From: an uncultured Bryocella sp.
GTDB taxonomy: Bacteria; Acidobacteriota; Terriglobia; Terriglobales; Acidobacteriaceae
Direction: 5' to 3'
Assembly: GCA_964242585.1 (NCBI GenBank)
Contig: CAXTBJ010000009.1
Location: 8,991-72,990 of the forward strand
Length of the DNA stretch: 64,000 bases
Both the position numbers and the translations under genes were made by a program. Shown here piece by piece: positions 50,927-61,237 of this stretch. Position 1 is the stretch's first letter. Every line of letters begins with the position of its first letter. A model generated the notes under the pieces. The model made no database searches and had not been told where the DNA came from. It saw nothing but the letters and a program-made list of their open reading frames with translations.

Positions 50927-52881
50927 GGCTTGCTTTGGCTATTGGCCTGCTTGGCTTGGCTGCCGCCGCCCTTGCCTCCCTGCGCCCCCTTCTGGTTCTG
51001 CGAGGCCGCCTGGCCCTGCATGGCCTGATCCGTGATACCCAGGTTGCCGTAGCTCGTGGAGCCCCCGGGGGGAACGTTCTGCGGGGGAGGCTGTATCGGT
51101 TTGACGGAGGCCGACTCGCTCTCATGGACCTGCACCGCCGCGCCCGGCACCACATCGTCAGTTACCTGCGTGACGATCAGGTCGCCGGATTGTATGCCGC
51201 TGACGATCTCCACACTGCTGCCGAAGTCGCGGCCCACCGTCACAGGAGCAATCTGCACCTTGCCGTTGACCACCTTGGCGACGGCGGTCTGGTCGTTGCG
51301 GATGATCACGGCGTCGCCGGTCACCATGAGCGGGCCGCCAGGCGCGTCGGCGGGCGGAAAGGTGACCACGGCATACATGCCGCTCTTCAGCTTGCCCTGG
51401 CGATTGTCGATCTGCACCTCGGTCAGCATGGTCCGGGTGTTGGGATCGACGGAGTCCGCGGTGCGGGTGATCTCACCCTGGAAGGAGACGGAAGGGTACT
51501 CCTCGAAGCGCAGCGCCGCGTGACCGCCCGGGTGAATGGAGGTGGCATACCCCTCGGGTACGGAGACGAGGATGCGCAGGCGGTTTACCTGGGCGACGCC
51601 GAAGAGGGCTCCGCCCTGTCCGGGCGACTGTCCGGGTGTGGCCGCGGAACTGATATTGCCGGAGCTGCCGCCGGTGTTGGACTGCGCGGCCTGCTGCGAG
51701 CCGCCGGTGGCCGAGGTCTGGCCCTGCGGTGCCGGTCCGCTGATGGGACCGCCGCTGGAGCCGGAGCTGGAGATCAGCGCGCCCACGTCCACGTTGCGCT
51801 GTGTGATGATACCCGTAAACGGCGACCGGACCTGCTCATAACTCTGCAGGGCCACGTTGCGGCGCAGGTTGTCGCGATAGGCGTCCACGTTGCGCTGCGC
51901 CGCGGCTACATTGGCGATGTTCGAGGAGTAATTGGTCTCCTGCGTATCGCCGTCCTGACGCGAAAACACGCCCTTGGCTACGAGTACGCGATACCGGTTC
52001 ACCGTGACGGTGGCCAGCGCGAGCTGGGATCGTTGCTGCTCCAACTGCTGCTCCGCCTGGGAGAGCTGCTGCCGCGCCTGCGCCACCTGCGCATCCAGGT
52101 CGGGGGCGTCGATGATGCCGAGCAGCTGGCCCTTGATCACGTGGTCGCCGATATCGGCATAGCGCTTGGTCAGATAGCCGTTGGCGCGCGCGTAGATGTA
52201 GGCCTCCGTGAGCGGAATGGCGGTGCCGGGCAGCACAAGCCCCTGCTGATCCTTGACCTGCACCACGCGCTGCACCTCGATGACCGGCTTGGCATTGGCC
52301 TGGTCCTTGGCCTGCGTGTCGATCTTTTTATCGCGCGCATGGCGCGGTAAGAAACCTGCCAAGCCGCCGATCAGCGCCAGCAGCAGAATGGCCGCGACGA
52401 TGAGCAGGACGGGTCTCCAGCTCTGCGGCTTGTGGACACGCTCCGTCAACGGCTGTTTGTGCTTTTTGCCGCTGAAATTGGTCTCCGCGAAATTCTTTCC
52501 CAGGCGGATATCGTCGCCCGAGTTGGGATCGGCGAAGCTCTGGCCAAGTTTCTGCTCGTCAGCGTAATGGGGGTCGGCGAACTCGCGGCCAAGCTCCCGG
52601 CCGCTGCCCTCGTTGGCGCGGGTGAAGGTGTCGCCCAGGACGCGTTGATCCGGCGAGGCGCCGTGTTCGAAGCGGTCGCCGAGGGTGTGCGGATCGGTCT
52701 CCGCAGGCCAGGGCAGACGGTGCGCGGGGTCGCTCTCCTGCGGCGCGGGCAGGCTGTGCGCGCCGGTTGGGTCCGGGGCGTGGCCGGAGACGTCCGGATT
52801 CTCAGACTTTCGCGGATTTCCCGTCGCCGCACTAGAGAAAGGATGATTTGGGTCTTGCGGCCTGCGTGGTTCGTCAGCCAT
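50923..52881 (-). CDS. RND periplasmic adaptor (membrane fusion protein) with N-terminal repeat extension
   Basis: IYARANGYL...DIGD.V.KGQ, SPFTGIITQRNVDVG, DPNTRTM, GRDFG. Confidence 0.93.
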   Translation of the reverse strand: MADEPRRPQDPNHPFSSAATGNPRKSENPDVSGHAPDPTGAHSLPAPQESDPAHRLPWPAETDPHTLGDRFEHGASPDQRVLGDTFTRANEGSGRELGREFADPHYADEQKLGQSFADPNSGDDIRLGKNFAETNFSGKKHKQPLTERVHKPQSWRPVLLIVAAILLLALIGGLAGFLPRHARDKKIDTQAKDQANAKPVIEVQRVVQVKDQQGLVLPGTAIPLTEAYIYARANGYLTKRYADIGDHVIKGQLLGIIDAPDLDAQVAQARQQLSQAEQQLEQQRSQLALATVTVNRYRVLVAKGVFSRQDGDTQETNYSSNIANVAAAQRNVDAYRDNLRRNVALQSYEQVRSPFTGIITQRNVDVGALISSSGSSGGPISGPAPQGQTSATGGSQQAAQSNTGGSSGNISSAATPGQSPGQGGALFGVAQVNRLRILVSVPEGYATSIHPGGHAALRFEEYPSVSFQGEITRTADSVDPNTRTMLTEVQIDNRQGKLKSGMYAVVTFPPADAPGGPLMVTGDAVIIRNDQTAVAKVVNGKVQIAPVTVGRDFGSSVEIVSGIQSGDLIVTQVTDDVVPGAAVQVHESESASVKPIQPPPQNVPPGGSTSYGNLGITDQAMQGQAASQNQKGAQGGKGGGSQAKQANSQSKP

Positions 52882-55800
52882 TACGCCGGTTGCTCCTGGG
52901 GTTGGCCCGGTTGTTTTCTGGGAGTTTTGCCGCCCTCGGGCAGACCGGATTCATCGGCGATCTCCTGCGCATAGTCGACAGGTGCATGTTTCTTCAACAG
53001 GGAATAGATGGTCGGCACCAAGAACAGGGTGCCGAAGGTGGCAAAGAGCAGGCCGCCGATGACGGCGCGGCCCAGCGGCGCGTTCTGCTCACCGCCCTCG
53101 CCAAAGGCCAGCGCCATGGGCAGCATGCCGATGATCATGGCGAGCGCGGTCATGACGACGGGCCGCAGCCGCGTGTGCCCGGCATCGATGGCGGACTCCT
53201 GCTGACTCTTGCCGGCGGTTCGCTGGTCATTGGCGAAGACCACCATCAGAATGGAGTTGGAGGTGGCAACACCGATGGTCATGATGGCGCCCATCAGCGA
53301 AGGCACGCTGAAGGTGGTCTGCGTGAGGAAGAGCATCCAGAGAATGCCCGAAAACGCGCACGGAATGGCCATCAGGATGATCAGCGGATCAAGCCACGAT
53401 TGGAAGTTCACGGCCATCAGCAGATAGACCAGTCCGATCGCGAAGACGATCCCGATGCCGAGACGAAGGAATGAATCGTTCATCGTGGCGACCTCGCCGC
53501 GCAGCATCACCTGCGTGGTTTTAGGCAGGTTGGGCTGCTCGCGGTCGATAATTTTGTTGATTGCCGTCGCTACCGAGCCGAGATCGCGCCGGTCCACGTC
53601 GGCATAGATGTCATACACCGGCTGAATCTGGTAATGATCGATGATGATCGGGGACTGGTCGCGCCGAAAGGTCGCGAGATTGCCGAGCAGCTGTTCAGCG
53701 TCACCCTGGGCCGTGCTGATCGGCGTGCGCGACAGCTGCTGCAGCGAGCTGATGCGGTAGGTCGGCGTTTGCACGACAACCTGATAGTTGACGCCGTTCT
53801 GGATGTTCAGCCACTCATTCGGCGCGGTCTGGCTCGTGCCGCTCAGCGAGATCAGAGTCGATTGCGCCACATCCTGCTGCGTCAGCCCGATTTGTTCGGC
53901 TTTGACGCGGTCGGCATTGATCTGCAACGTCGGGTAGGACACCTGTTGATGCAGGTGTACGTCCACCGCACCGGGGATGGCGGCGATCTGTGACAGCAGC
54001 TTCTGCGCAATGACGAAGTTGTCCTTGCCGCGGCCGACAACCTGCACATCAATGGGTGCGGGCAAGCCGAAATCAAGAATCTGGTTGGTGATATTTGCCG
54101 GTGTGAAGAAGAAGACCGCCCCCGGAAACTTTTGCCGCAGATCGGCGCGCAGCTTGCGCATGTAGTCCTGCGTATCCTTGGGCCCGGGCTTGAGCGCGAT
54201 CAGGATATCGCCGTCGGTGTTGGAGATGGTGGCCGTGCTCGAAAAAGCCAGATTTACGCCGCCCGTGGGCAGCCCGATGTTGTCGAGAATCAGATCCATG
54301 CGGCTGGCGGGGATCAGCGTGCGGATCTCCTTCTCAATCGCGGCAAAGTACTGTTCAGAATCTTCAATGCGCATGCCCTGCGGCGGATTGACGTGCAGAC
54401 GCATCTGTCCGGAGTCGACATAGGGGAAGAAGTCGCGGCCGATGAACAGGAGCAGGGGCAGGGAGCAGACGATCAACAGGCCGAAGAGGCCGAGCGTGAC
54501 GATCGAATTTTCGACGGCCCACTCGAGCGCGCTCTTATAGCTGTGCTGCACGCGCTCGAACTGGCGCTCGAACTTGGCGTGCCAACGCCAGACGAAGTTG
54601 GTGCGTTCCTCGCGCTCGGCCGCCTGCGGGTCCTGATACAGGCCGATCTCGGAGCGCAGCAGGAAGTGCATCATCGTCGGCACCAGGGTGCGCGACAGAA
54701 AATAGCTGGCCATCATGGCGAAGACCACGGCCAGGGCCAGCGGCGTGAACAAATACTTCGCCGCGCCGGTCAGCAGCACAACCGGTAAAAACACGATGCA
54801 GATGGAGAGCGTGGAGACAAAGGCGGGCGCTGCGACCTGTTGCGCGGAGTCCAGGATGGCGCGGGTGAGCGGCTTGCGCTCCGCCATGTTGCGGTGCGTA
54901 TTTTCGATTTCCACCGTGGCGTCGTCGACCAGGATACCGACCGCCAGCGCGAGCCCGCCCAGGGTCATGACGTTGATGGTCTCGCCCAGCGCCGTAAGAA
55001 TGATCAGCGAGGTCGCGATCGAAAGCGGGATCGATGTGCACACGATGATCGTCGATCGCCACGAGCCGAGAAACAGCAAAATCATCAGGCCGGTGAGGAC
55101 GGCGGCGATGCCGGCCTCGCGTGTGACCTCGTTGATGGAGTCGCGGACAAAGATGGACTGATCGAAGAGCGGGGTGATCTTCAGGTTGCCAAGCCCGGCG
55201 GACAGGCGCGGAATCAGCTTCTTGGTGCCGGAGACGATGTCCAGCGTGGAGGTACTGCCGTTCTTGAAGACCGTTAGCAGCGCCGAACGCCGGCCGTCCT
55301 GGCGCACGATATTCTCCTGCACGGCGTAGCCCATGTGAACGGAGGCGATGTCCTTCATGTAGACGACGGCGCCGTTGGAGGCGCGCACCGGCAGATCGTT
55401 CATCGCGGAGATCTCCGATGGACTGGAGTTGATCTTGACGACGTACTCCTTGTCGCCCATGCGCGCGACGCCGGCTGGCAGAATCAGGTTCTGCTGATTG
55501 ATGGAGGTGGAAAGGTCCGTAGCCGAAAGGTGGTGCGAGAAGAGCAGATCGGGATCGGCATCCACCATGACCTGCTTCACCTTGCCGCCGTAGGGCAACG
55601 GAACGCTGGCACCCCTGACAGTGGCAAGGCGGGGGCGTACAAATTGGGCGCCGTCGTCGTAGAGATCGGCCTCGCTGAGGCCCTGGCCGCTCAACGCCAG
55701 CTGCACAATGGGTACGGAAGAGGCGTCGAACTTGACGATGTTGGGAGGAAACGTGCCCGGCGGCAGAACGCGCAGAATGGTCTGCACCACGGCGGTGACC

Positions 55801-56123
55801 TGCGCGATGGCAAGCTCAATCTTCGCGGTCGGCTGGAAGTACACATGGATGGTGGCGACGCCCTGGTAGGTCTCACTTTCCAGGTGCTCGATATCGTTCA
55901 CCGTGGTCGTGAGGGCGCGCTCGGAGGGCGTGACGATGCGACCCTCCATCTCCGTTGGGGTCAGCCCGGCGTAGGACCACACCAGCGTGACCACGGGGAT
56001 GTTGATATATGGAAATACATCTTTGGGCGTTTCAATCGCCGACCCGATGCCGAGCAGAAAAAGCAGTAGCGAAACCACCACAAAGGTATACGGGCGGCGC
56101 AGAGCCAGCCGAACAATCCACAT
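52881..56123 (-). CDS. RND efflux transporter permease subunit (AcrB family)
   Basis: 1080 aa; MWIVRLALRRPY, GILVDDA, RLRPVVMT, two TM blocks. Confidence 0.96.
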   Translation of the reverse strand: MWIVRLALRRPYTFVVVSLLLFLLGIGSAIETPKDVFPYINIPVVTLVWSYAGLTPTEMEGRIVTPSERALTTTVNDIEHLESETYQGVATIHVYFQPTAKIELAIAQVTAVVQTILRVLPPGTFPPNIVKFDASSVPIVQLALSGQGLSEADLYDDGAQFVRPRLATVRGASVPLPYGGKVKQVMVDADPDLLFSHHLSATDLSTSINQQNLILPAGVARMGDKEYVVKINSSPSEISAMNDLPVRASNGAVVYMKDIASVHMGYAVQENIVRQDGRRSALLTVFKNGSTSTLDIVSGTKKLIPRLSAGLGNLKITPLFDQSIFVRDSINEVTREAGIAAVLTGLMILLFLGSWRSTIIVCTSIPLSIATSLIILTALGETINVMTLGGLALAVGILVDDATVEIENTHRNMAERKPLTRAILDSAQQVAAPAFVSTLSICIVFLPVVLLTGAAKYLFTPLALAVVFAMMASYFLSRTLVPTMMHFLLRSEIGLYQDPQAAEREERTNFVWRWHAKFERQFERVQHSYKSALEWAVENSIVTLGLFGLLIVCSLPLLLFIGRDFFPYVDSGQMRLHVNPPQGMRIEDSEQYFAAIEKEIRTLIPASRMDLILDNIGLPTGGVNLAFSSTATISNTDGDILIALKPGPKDTQDYMRKLRADLRQKFPGAVFFFTPANITNQILDFGLPAPIDVQVVGRGKDNFVIAQKLLSQIAAIPGAVDVHLHQQVSYPTLQINADRVKAEQIGLTQQDVAQSTLISLSGTSQTAPNEWLNIQNGVNYQVVVQTPTYRISSLQQLSRTPISTAQGDAEQLLGNLATFRRDQSPIIIDHYQIQPVYDIYADVDRRDLGSVATAINKIIDREQPNLPKTTQVMLRGEVATMNDSFLRLGIGIVFAIGLVYLLMAVNFQSWLDPLIILMAIPCAFSGILWMLFLTQTTFSVPSLMGAIMTIGVATSNSILMVVFANDQRTAGKSQQESAIDAGHTRLRPVVMTALAMIIGMLPMALAFGEGGEQNAPLGRAVIGGLLFATFGTLFLVPTIYSLLKKHAPVDYAQEIADESGLPEGGKTPRKQPGQPQEQPA

Positions 56124-56406
56124 TAGCTGCCCTCAATCGTGTACAAGCGATCACCTATAAGACGCAGAGAACCGGCTCGGGGACGCTTAATACGTTTAAG
56201 TGCGGGCTTCGTCCCGGAAAGGGGTCCGGTATGCTCAGTTCCGTAAACAGCCGTTATGAGTGAAGAGAACCGACGTCGCAGGCAGAGCTGTCTTCAACAA
56301 GGATTTCGATTGCGACAAACATTTCGACATACATGGTGAGCAGATAGTATCGGCAGAGCTGCACTTCGATCTTGCAGAAAAAGAATGTAATGCAGGCAGA
56401 AGAAAG

Positions 56407-56433
56407 CAAGGCCGCTTCTGCGAAGCGGCCTTG
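56407..56433 (-). terminator. Intrinsic terminator after sodA
   Basis: CAAGGCCGCTTC-N3-GAAGCGGCCTTG followed by CTTTCTT on the minus strand. Confidence 0.75.
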
Positions 56434-56468
56434 AGATTTAGGAGTCTGCATGACGAACGATGGATCGC

Positions 56469-57086
56469 TCAGGCGCCCTTCTTGGCCTCTCCAAAGCGCT
56501 TTTCGACCTCTTCCCAGTTGACCGTGTTCCACCAGGCGGCCAGGTAGTCGGGACGGCGATTGTTGTACTTCAGGTAGTAGGCGTGCTCCCAGACATCGTT
56601 GCCCAGAATGGGGTGGAGCCCCTGCGAAAGTGGGTTGTCCTGGTTGGGGGTGCTCATGATTTCGAGCTTGCCGTCTTTGTATACCAGCCACACCCAACCG
56701 GAGCCGAACTGCTTGGCACCCGCTTCATTGAATTTCTTCTTGAAGGCGTCGAAGGTCTCAAAGTCCTCGGAGATCTGCTCCGCGATCGCGCCCAGGGGAT
56801 CGCCACCGCCGCCCGGCTTCATGATCTGCCAGAACATGGTGTGGTTTACATGGCCGCCGCCGTTGTTACGTACCACGGTGCGCACGTCTTCAGGCACACC
56901 CGCGAGGTCCTGCAAAAGCTGTTCAGGGGTCTTCTGGCCCAACTCGGCGTGTTTTTCAACCGCACCATTCAGGTTCGTGACATAGGTCTGGTGGTGCTTG
57001 TCGTGATGCAGCTTCATGGTCGCTTCGTCGATGGTGGGCTCGAGCGCGGCGTAGTCGTAGGGCAGGGGAGGCAGTTCAAAGGCCAC
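56469..57086 (-). CDS. sodA: Superoxide dismutase [Mn]
   Basis: [23 protein letters not shown] (GG and QD are Mn-type signatures); GTG after AAGGAG. Confidence 0.93.
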   Translation of the reverse strand: MAFELPPLPYDYAALEPTIDEATMKLHHDKHHQTYVTNLNGAVEKHAELGQKTPEQLLQDLAGVPEDVRTVVRNNGGGHVNHTMFWQIMKPGGGGDPLGAIAEQISEDFETFDAFKKKFNEAGAKQFGSGWVWLVYKDGKLEIMSTPNQDNPLSQGLHPILGNDVWEHAYYLKYNNRRPDYLAAWWNTVNWEEVEKRFGEAKKGA

Positions 57087-57101
57087 GGTGGATCTCCTTT
57101 A

Positions 57102-57143
57102 GTGCGGAACAGATCGTGCGCAACAGATCGTGCGGAACAGATT
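57102..57143. repeat. 14-bp tandem repeat x3 upstream of sodA
   Basis: GTGCG(G/C)AACAGAT(C/T) x3. Confidence 0.85.
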
Positions 57144-57269
57144 TCATGGGTTGGATGCGGGCGGCGCGGCAGGCGCACCATCCACCCGGTTTCGCGGTCT
57201 GGCCCTTATCCCTCAGGTCGGGTTGGGCCGAAAAGGCGAAGGGGACAGAAGTTTATTGCCGGTAGTGGC

Positions 57270-58253
57270 TCAACGTACGCCGCCCAGCAGCTGCACCATG
57301 CGCCGGAAGGCTGCCTGGCGTGCCGCGGAGTTCGGTGCGCTGGCGTCCGGGGCCTCGCCCGCGCGCATAAAACCGTGGCCGGCATCGTCGTAGACGACGG
57401 GCTCGAAGGTCTTGCCGGCGGTTTTCATGTCTGTCTTCGTCCCCTCCACCGTGGAGGTGACGCGGGCATCGTTTTGGGCGTAAAAGCCGTAGACCGGGGC
57501 GTTGATCGCAGCCATCAGGCCCGCGGGCGGCGGCGTGCCGTAGAAGACCATGGCCGCGGCAAGGTCATGACGATGCGTCGCGAACAGGAAGCTCTTGCCC
57601 CCGCCCCAACAGAAGCCCGCGACGAAGAGCTTGCCCGAGGCCGCCGGCAGGTGCTTGCCGTAGTCCGCCGCCGCGTCGAGATCGGTGAGCACCTGAAGGT
57701 CGGGCAGGGAGGTGACGGCTTTGACCACGGCGCTCTGGTCCGGAAACGCGGCTGTCCCGCCGGGCGTGGCGGGGATGTAGGGTGCGCCCGCAGCCTGGCC
57801 CGGCTGCGCTTGCCCTGTGGCCATGTGGCTGTGATCGGTGCTCGACATATCCATGCCCGACATGGAGGCGGCCCCTGCCGCCGGTCCCAAACCGCTGAGC
57901 AGATCGGGGAAGACCACGATATAACCCGCGCCGGCGACCTCATCGGCCATCTCGCGCGCCCAGTCGCTCAGGCCGAAGATCTCGTGAATCATGACCACGA
58001 CCGGGGCCTTGCCTTTGGTCTCGGGGTACACGACCCAGGCCTGCAGATTGCGGCCGCCGGGCTCGTGGATCGTGACATATTCACCGTGGCGTGGGCTCTT
58101 GTCCAGCGCGTCCTTGGCCCATTGCTGCGCGCGGGCAGCAGGGGCCGCCACGGCAAGCGCCAGGGTCCCCACGCACAGGCCAAAGCCGACGGCGAGACGG
58201 CGGAGCGAGTGGACGCGGGAAGCAACACGGGGCAAAACAGGGCTCAGAGACAT
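57270..58253 (-). CDS. Dienelactone hydrolase family protein (secreted)
   Basis: HEIFGL, GFCWGG, ND, AGHGF; signal peptide. Confidence 0.92.
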   Translation of the reverse strand: MSLSPVLPRVASRVHSLRRLAVGFGLCVGTLALAVAAPAARAQQWAKDALDKSPRHGEYVTIHEPGGRNLQAWVVYPETKGKAPVVVMIHEIFGLSDWAREMADEVAGAGYIVVFPDLLSGLGPAAGAASMSGMDMSSTDHSHMATGQAQPGQAAGAPYIPATPGGTAAFPDQSAVVKAVTSLPDLQVLTDLDAAADYGKHLPAASGKLFVAGFCWGGGKSFLFATHRHDLAAAMVFYGTPPPAGLMAAINAPVYGFYAQNDARVTSTVEGTKTDMKTAGKTFEPVVYDDAGHGFMRAGEAPDASAPNSAARQAAFRRMVQLLGGVR

Positions 58254-58355
58254 GCGACGAGTCTAGGCCACGAAAGGCGGTCCAGCAACAAAGTTGTTGA
58301 GATTTGCCGTTGTCAAAATCTGCCGGCGACGTGCTCTCGAGGAGCTACCCACCGC

Positions 58356-60011
58356 TCAACGTACCGGCGCAGGGGCCGGCGGCGGTGATGGGGCCGGCGG
58401 CAGAACGGGATGCCGCACATCGACGCCTGCGGGCAGCGTGCTGGCAAAATCGTTGAATTCATCCTGCAGGTCGGACGCGGTCGCCGGGTCGGTGGCGTAG
58501 TAGTTCACGCACGGATCGCCGAGCGCCACCGGCAGCCTTTGCAGGCAGACGATTCCCAGCAGTCGCCAGGTGGGCGGCGGCGGCGCAAACCACAGGGCGT
58601 AGTCCATCACCAGATCGGTACCGTGGGCACGGGTCACGCCGTCAAGCCATGCCGTGGATTTATTGCGCTGCCGCGCGGCTTCGGCCGATCCCAAACCCCA
58701 CAGATCCAGCACATAGGTGCCGGGCCTGCGGCGGTAGCTGACCAAGCCCAGATCGTTCACCGCCACGTTGCCCTCGTAAAATTCGGTCGCAAAGCGGTGC
58801 ATCTGGTACTGCTCGCGGTAGACGTCGCCTGCGCTGCGCGGAACGTCACGGGCCGCCTGCAGATAGAGGAAGGAGCAGCCCAGCAGGCCCAGCACGTACC
58901 ACCCCAGCAGTCCGCGCGGGCGCTCATGCGTCACCTCCAGAATCACCAGCGCGCTAAAAAAGACGGCATACACCTCATACCGATGGAACCAGTGGAAACG
59001 GCCGACCGCGAGATGCAGGCCCGCGGCGGTTGCCGCGCCGGTCAGGGCGAAGCGCCGCACGCGCTCGCGTTCTCCCCACGCCAGGGCCGCCAGAATGAGG
59101 AACAGCAGCGTCAGCAGCAGGCGGTGCGGCTCGGTGAAGGTGTCGGTAAAGGCGGTTTGGGCGAGCGTGAGGCCGCGCTGCGGCAGCCCGCCCCCTCCCG
59201 CATCGGCGGCCCCCGCCCCCACAGCCGCCATGCGGCCCTTAACCAGCACGGAGGTCGGCAGCCATGGTAGCCCGAGATGGTGCAGGAACAGGGAGAACAG
59301 CAGGGCGGGAACGAGGCTGGCCGCCATCAGAGCAGCGGCACGGCGTCGTTGCCCCCACCCCAACAAGGCAATGGCTACCGCGACGCTGATGCCGAGACTC
59401 TCATAGCGAACCAGCGGCCCCAGCGCCGTGCCCACGAGCACCCATGAGGGGATCGGCCGGCCGCGCAGGCAGGCCATCAGCCCCCATGCGCCGACTCCCG
59501 CGAGCAGCACCTGGAGGGTGTGCTCCATGCCCACAAAGGTGAGCCCGGCCAGGTTGCCGATGAAAACAAGACCCACGACGGAGAACGCCCGCCGCCACTG
59601 CTCGGTGCGCCGGGGCTCCTCAGGTGGAGCTTGCGGCCATTGAGCCACGGCTGCGCCGATCAGCGCCGCCGTGCCCACGCCCGCCACGACGTTCAGCGCC
59701 AACGGCACATAAAGCTGCCAGGAGGCACGGGCGAAGATTGCCAGTAAAAACGGCCAAAGAATGCTGGAGGAGGGTGAGGCGGGCTCGCCGGCGTTGATAC
59801 CGTAATGGCCATGGGCAATGCCCTCGCTGAGGGCGAGGTGGATGTAGGGGTCGTCGAGCGCGTAGGTGAAGTGCCCCCCGTTTTGCGCCAGAATGCGAAA
59901 AAACAGCCATGCGACCAAAAGGAGATACGTACCCGCTGCAAGGCCGATGAGGGGCAGCCTAGTGTGCTGGGAGAAAGGGCCGGGATCGTCTGGGACACTG
60001 GCCCGGATCAC
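58356..60011 (-). CDS. GT-C fold membrane glycosyltransferase, AftB-like N-terminal motif
   Basis: TM1 followed by LDDPYIH...GINAGE...SSS.LW; GME; RYE; about 11 TM segments and a C-terminal DLWGL domain. Confidence 0.7.
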   Translation of the reverse strand: MIRASVPDDPGPFSQHTRLPLIGLAAGTYLLLVAWLFFRILAQNGGHFTYALDDPYIHLALSEGIAHGHYGINAGEPASPSSSILWPFLLAIFARASWQLYVPLALNVVAGVGTAALIGAAVAQWPQAPPEEPRRTEQWRRAFSVVGLVFIGNLAGLTFVGMEHTLQVLLAGVGAWGLMACLRGRPIPSWVLVGTALGPLVRYESLGISVAVAIALLGWGQRRRAAALMAASLVPALLFSLFLHHLGLPWLPTSVLVKGRMAAVGAGAADAGGGGLPQRGLTLAQTAFTDTFTEPHRLLLTLLFLILAALAWGERERVRRFALTGAATAAGLHLAVGRFHWFHRYEVYAVFFSALVILEVTHERPRGLLGWYVLGLLGCSFLYLQAARDVPRSAGDVYREQYQMHRFATEFYEGNVAVNDLGLVSYRRRPGTYVLDLWGLGSAEAARQRNKSTAWLDGVTRAHGTDLVMDYALWFAPPPPTWRLLGIVCLQRLPVALGDPCVNYYATDPATASDLQDEFNDFASTLPAGVDVRHPVLPPAPSPPPAPAPVR

Positions 60012-60234
60012 GAGCCAAGAGTACCATCGGCCTCTTCGCGTCTGGCTGGTTCGATATCGGCGGCAGATTTCGCTCGTTCTCGCGAACGGAGCAAAGCTGG
60101 GGTTAGCAGTGAAGACAGGGGACCGCGGCTTCAGCGGCTCCGAGGCTTTCTTTTACAGCTTTCCAGTATGCGGACGTTGAAAACTGTGCGCTTCGCTTAA
60201 ATAAACGGCTTGCAAGGGTCAGCGTTGAGAAAAC

Positions 60235-61008
60235 CTACCGATCCCGATCGAGCAGATCGCCCACCAATCCACCCAGCACCGCCGCCGTTCCCACGCCGCC
60301 GCCGCTCCGCGATTCTCCGCCCTCCCGCGCGAGATACGGGGCGAGCGCGTGGGCCAGGTTGCTCAGCGGCAGGGTTTGCAGCCACACGCGGCCCGGCCCG
60401 GTGAGCGCGGCCAGAAAGATGCCGTCGCCGCCGAAGAACATGTTGCGGATACCCCCAATGCGTGTAATGCCGAAGCTGACGCCGGCGTGAAAGGCACCCA
60501 CATGGCCGGGGTGCACGCGCAGGGTCTCGCCCGGCCGCAGATCGCGCACCACGGTTTCACCGCCCAATTCCAGCCACGCCGTGCCCACGCCCGATACCCG
60601 TTGCAGCAGAAAGCCGTCGCCGCCGAAGATACCCGCGCCCAACGATTGCTGAAAGCCGACCCCCAGTTGAATGCCCGGCGTGGCGCACACAAAGCCGTGG
60701 CGATGCACCATGTACTCATGGCCGGGGGAGACCTCGACGGGCAGGATGTGGCCGGGGATCTTGGTGGCGAAGGCGACCTCCCCCGTGTAGCCCTGCGCCC
60801 CGTACTCGGTCATGAACAGCGTGCCGCCGCCGGCCATGCGCTTGATCGCGCCGAAGAAGCCGCCGCCGCCGGCGAACTGCGTGTGCGTGGTCATGGCGAT
60901 CGACTGCGACATCCAGCTCAGCTCGCCGGCCTCGGAGATGACGCTTTCCCCCGGCTCCAGCAGCAGTTCCAGCACCGGCATGGTAGATCCAACGATACGG
61001 CTTTGCAT
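60235..61008 (-). CDS. AIM24 / TIGR00266 family protein
   Basis: SEAGELSWM, IFGGDGF, FFGGDGIFLA.LTGPGRVWLQT. Confidence 0.92.
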   Translation of the reverse strand: MQSRIVGSTMPVLELLLEPGESVISEAGELSWMSQSIAMTTHTQFAGGGGFFGAIKRMAGGGTLFMTEYGAQGYTGEVAFATKIPGHILPVEVSPGHEYMVHRHGFVCATPGIQLGVGFQQSLGAGIFGGDGFLLQRVSGVGTAWLELGGETVVRDLRPGETLRVHPGHVGAFHAGVSFGITRIGGIRNMFFGGDGIFLAALTGPGRVWLQTLPLSNLAHALAPYLAREGGESRSGGGVGTAAVLGGLVGDLLDRDR

Positions 61009-61237
61009 GGGTGACCTCTCGCGCGTACGCCTGACGCTCGGATTTATCCTACGCGGGATCGCGGGGCCTGGTTCCCGAAGCAGAGAACGCAGACTCTCTC
61101 ACCGGCGTCCTGCCCAAGCCAGGGCCAGAGCCAGAGAACGGGACCCCGGAGAACAAACGATTGCGGCTCCCCATCCTTAATAGGCTGTAAGACAATTGTC
61201 TAACTGAACGCGATCCCCTTGAAGGAACGGGTGGTGT

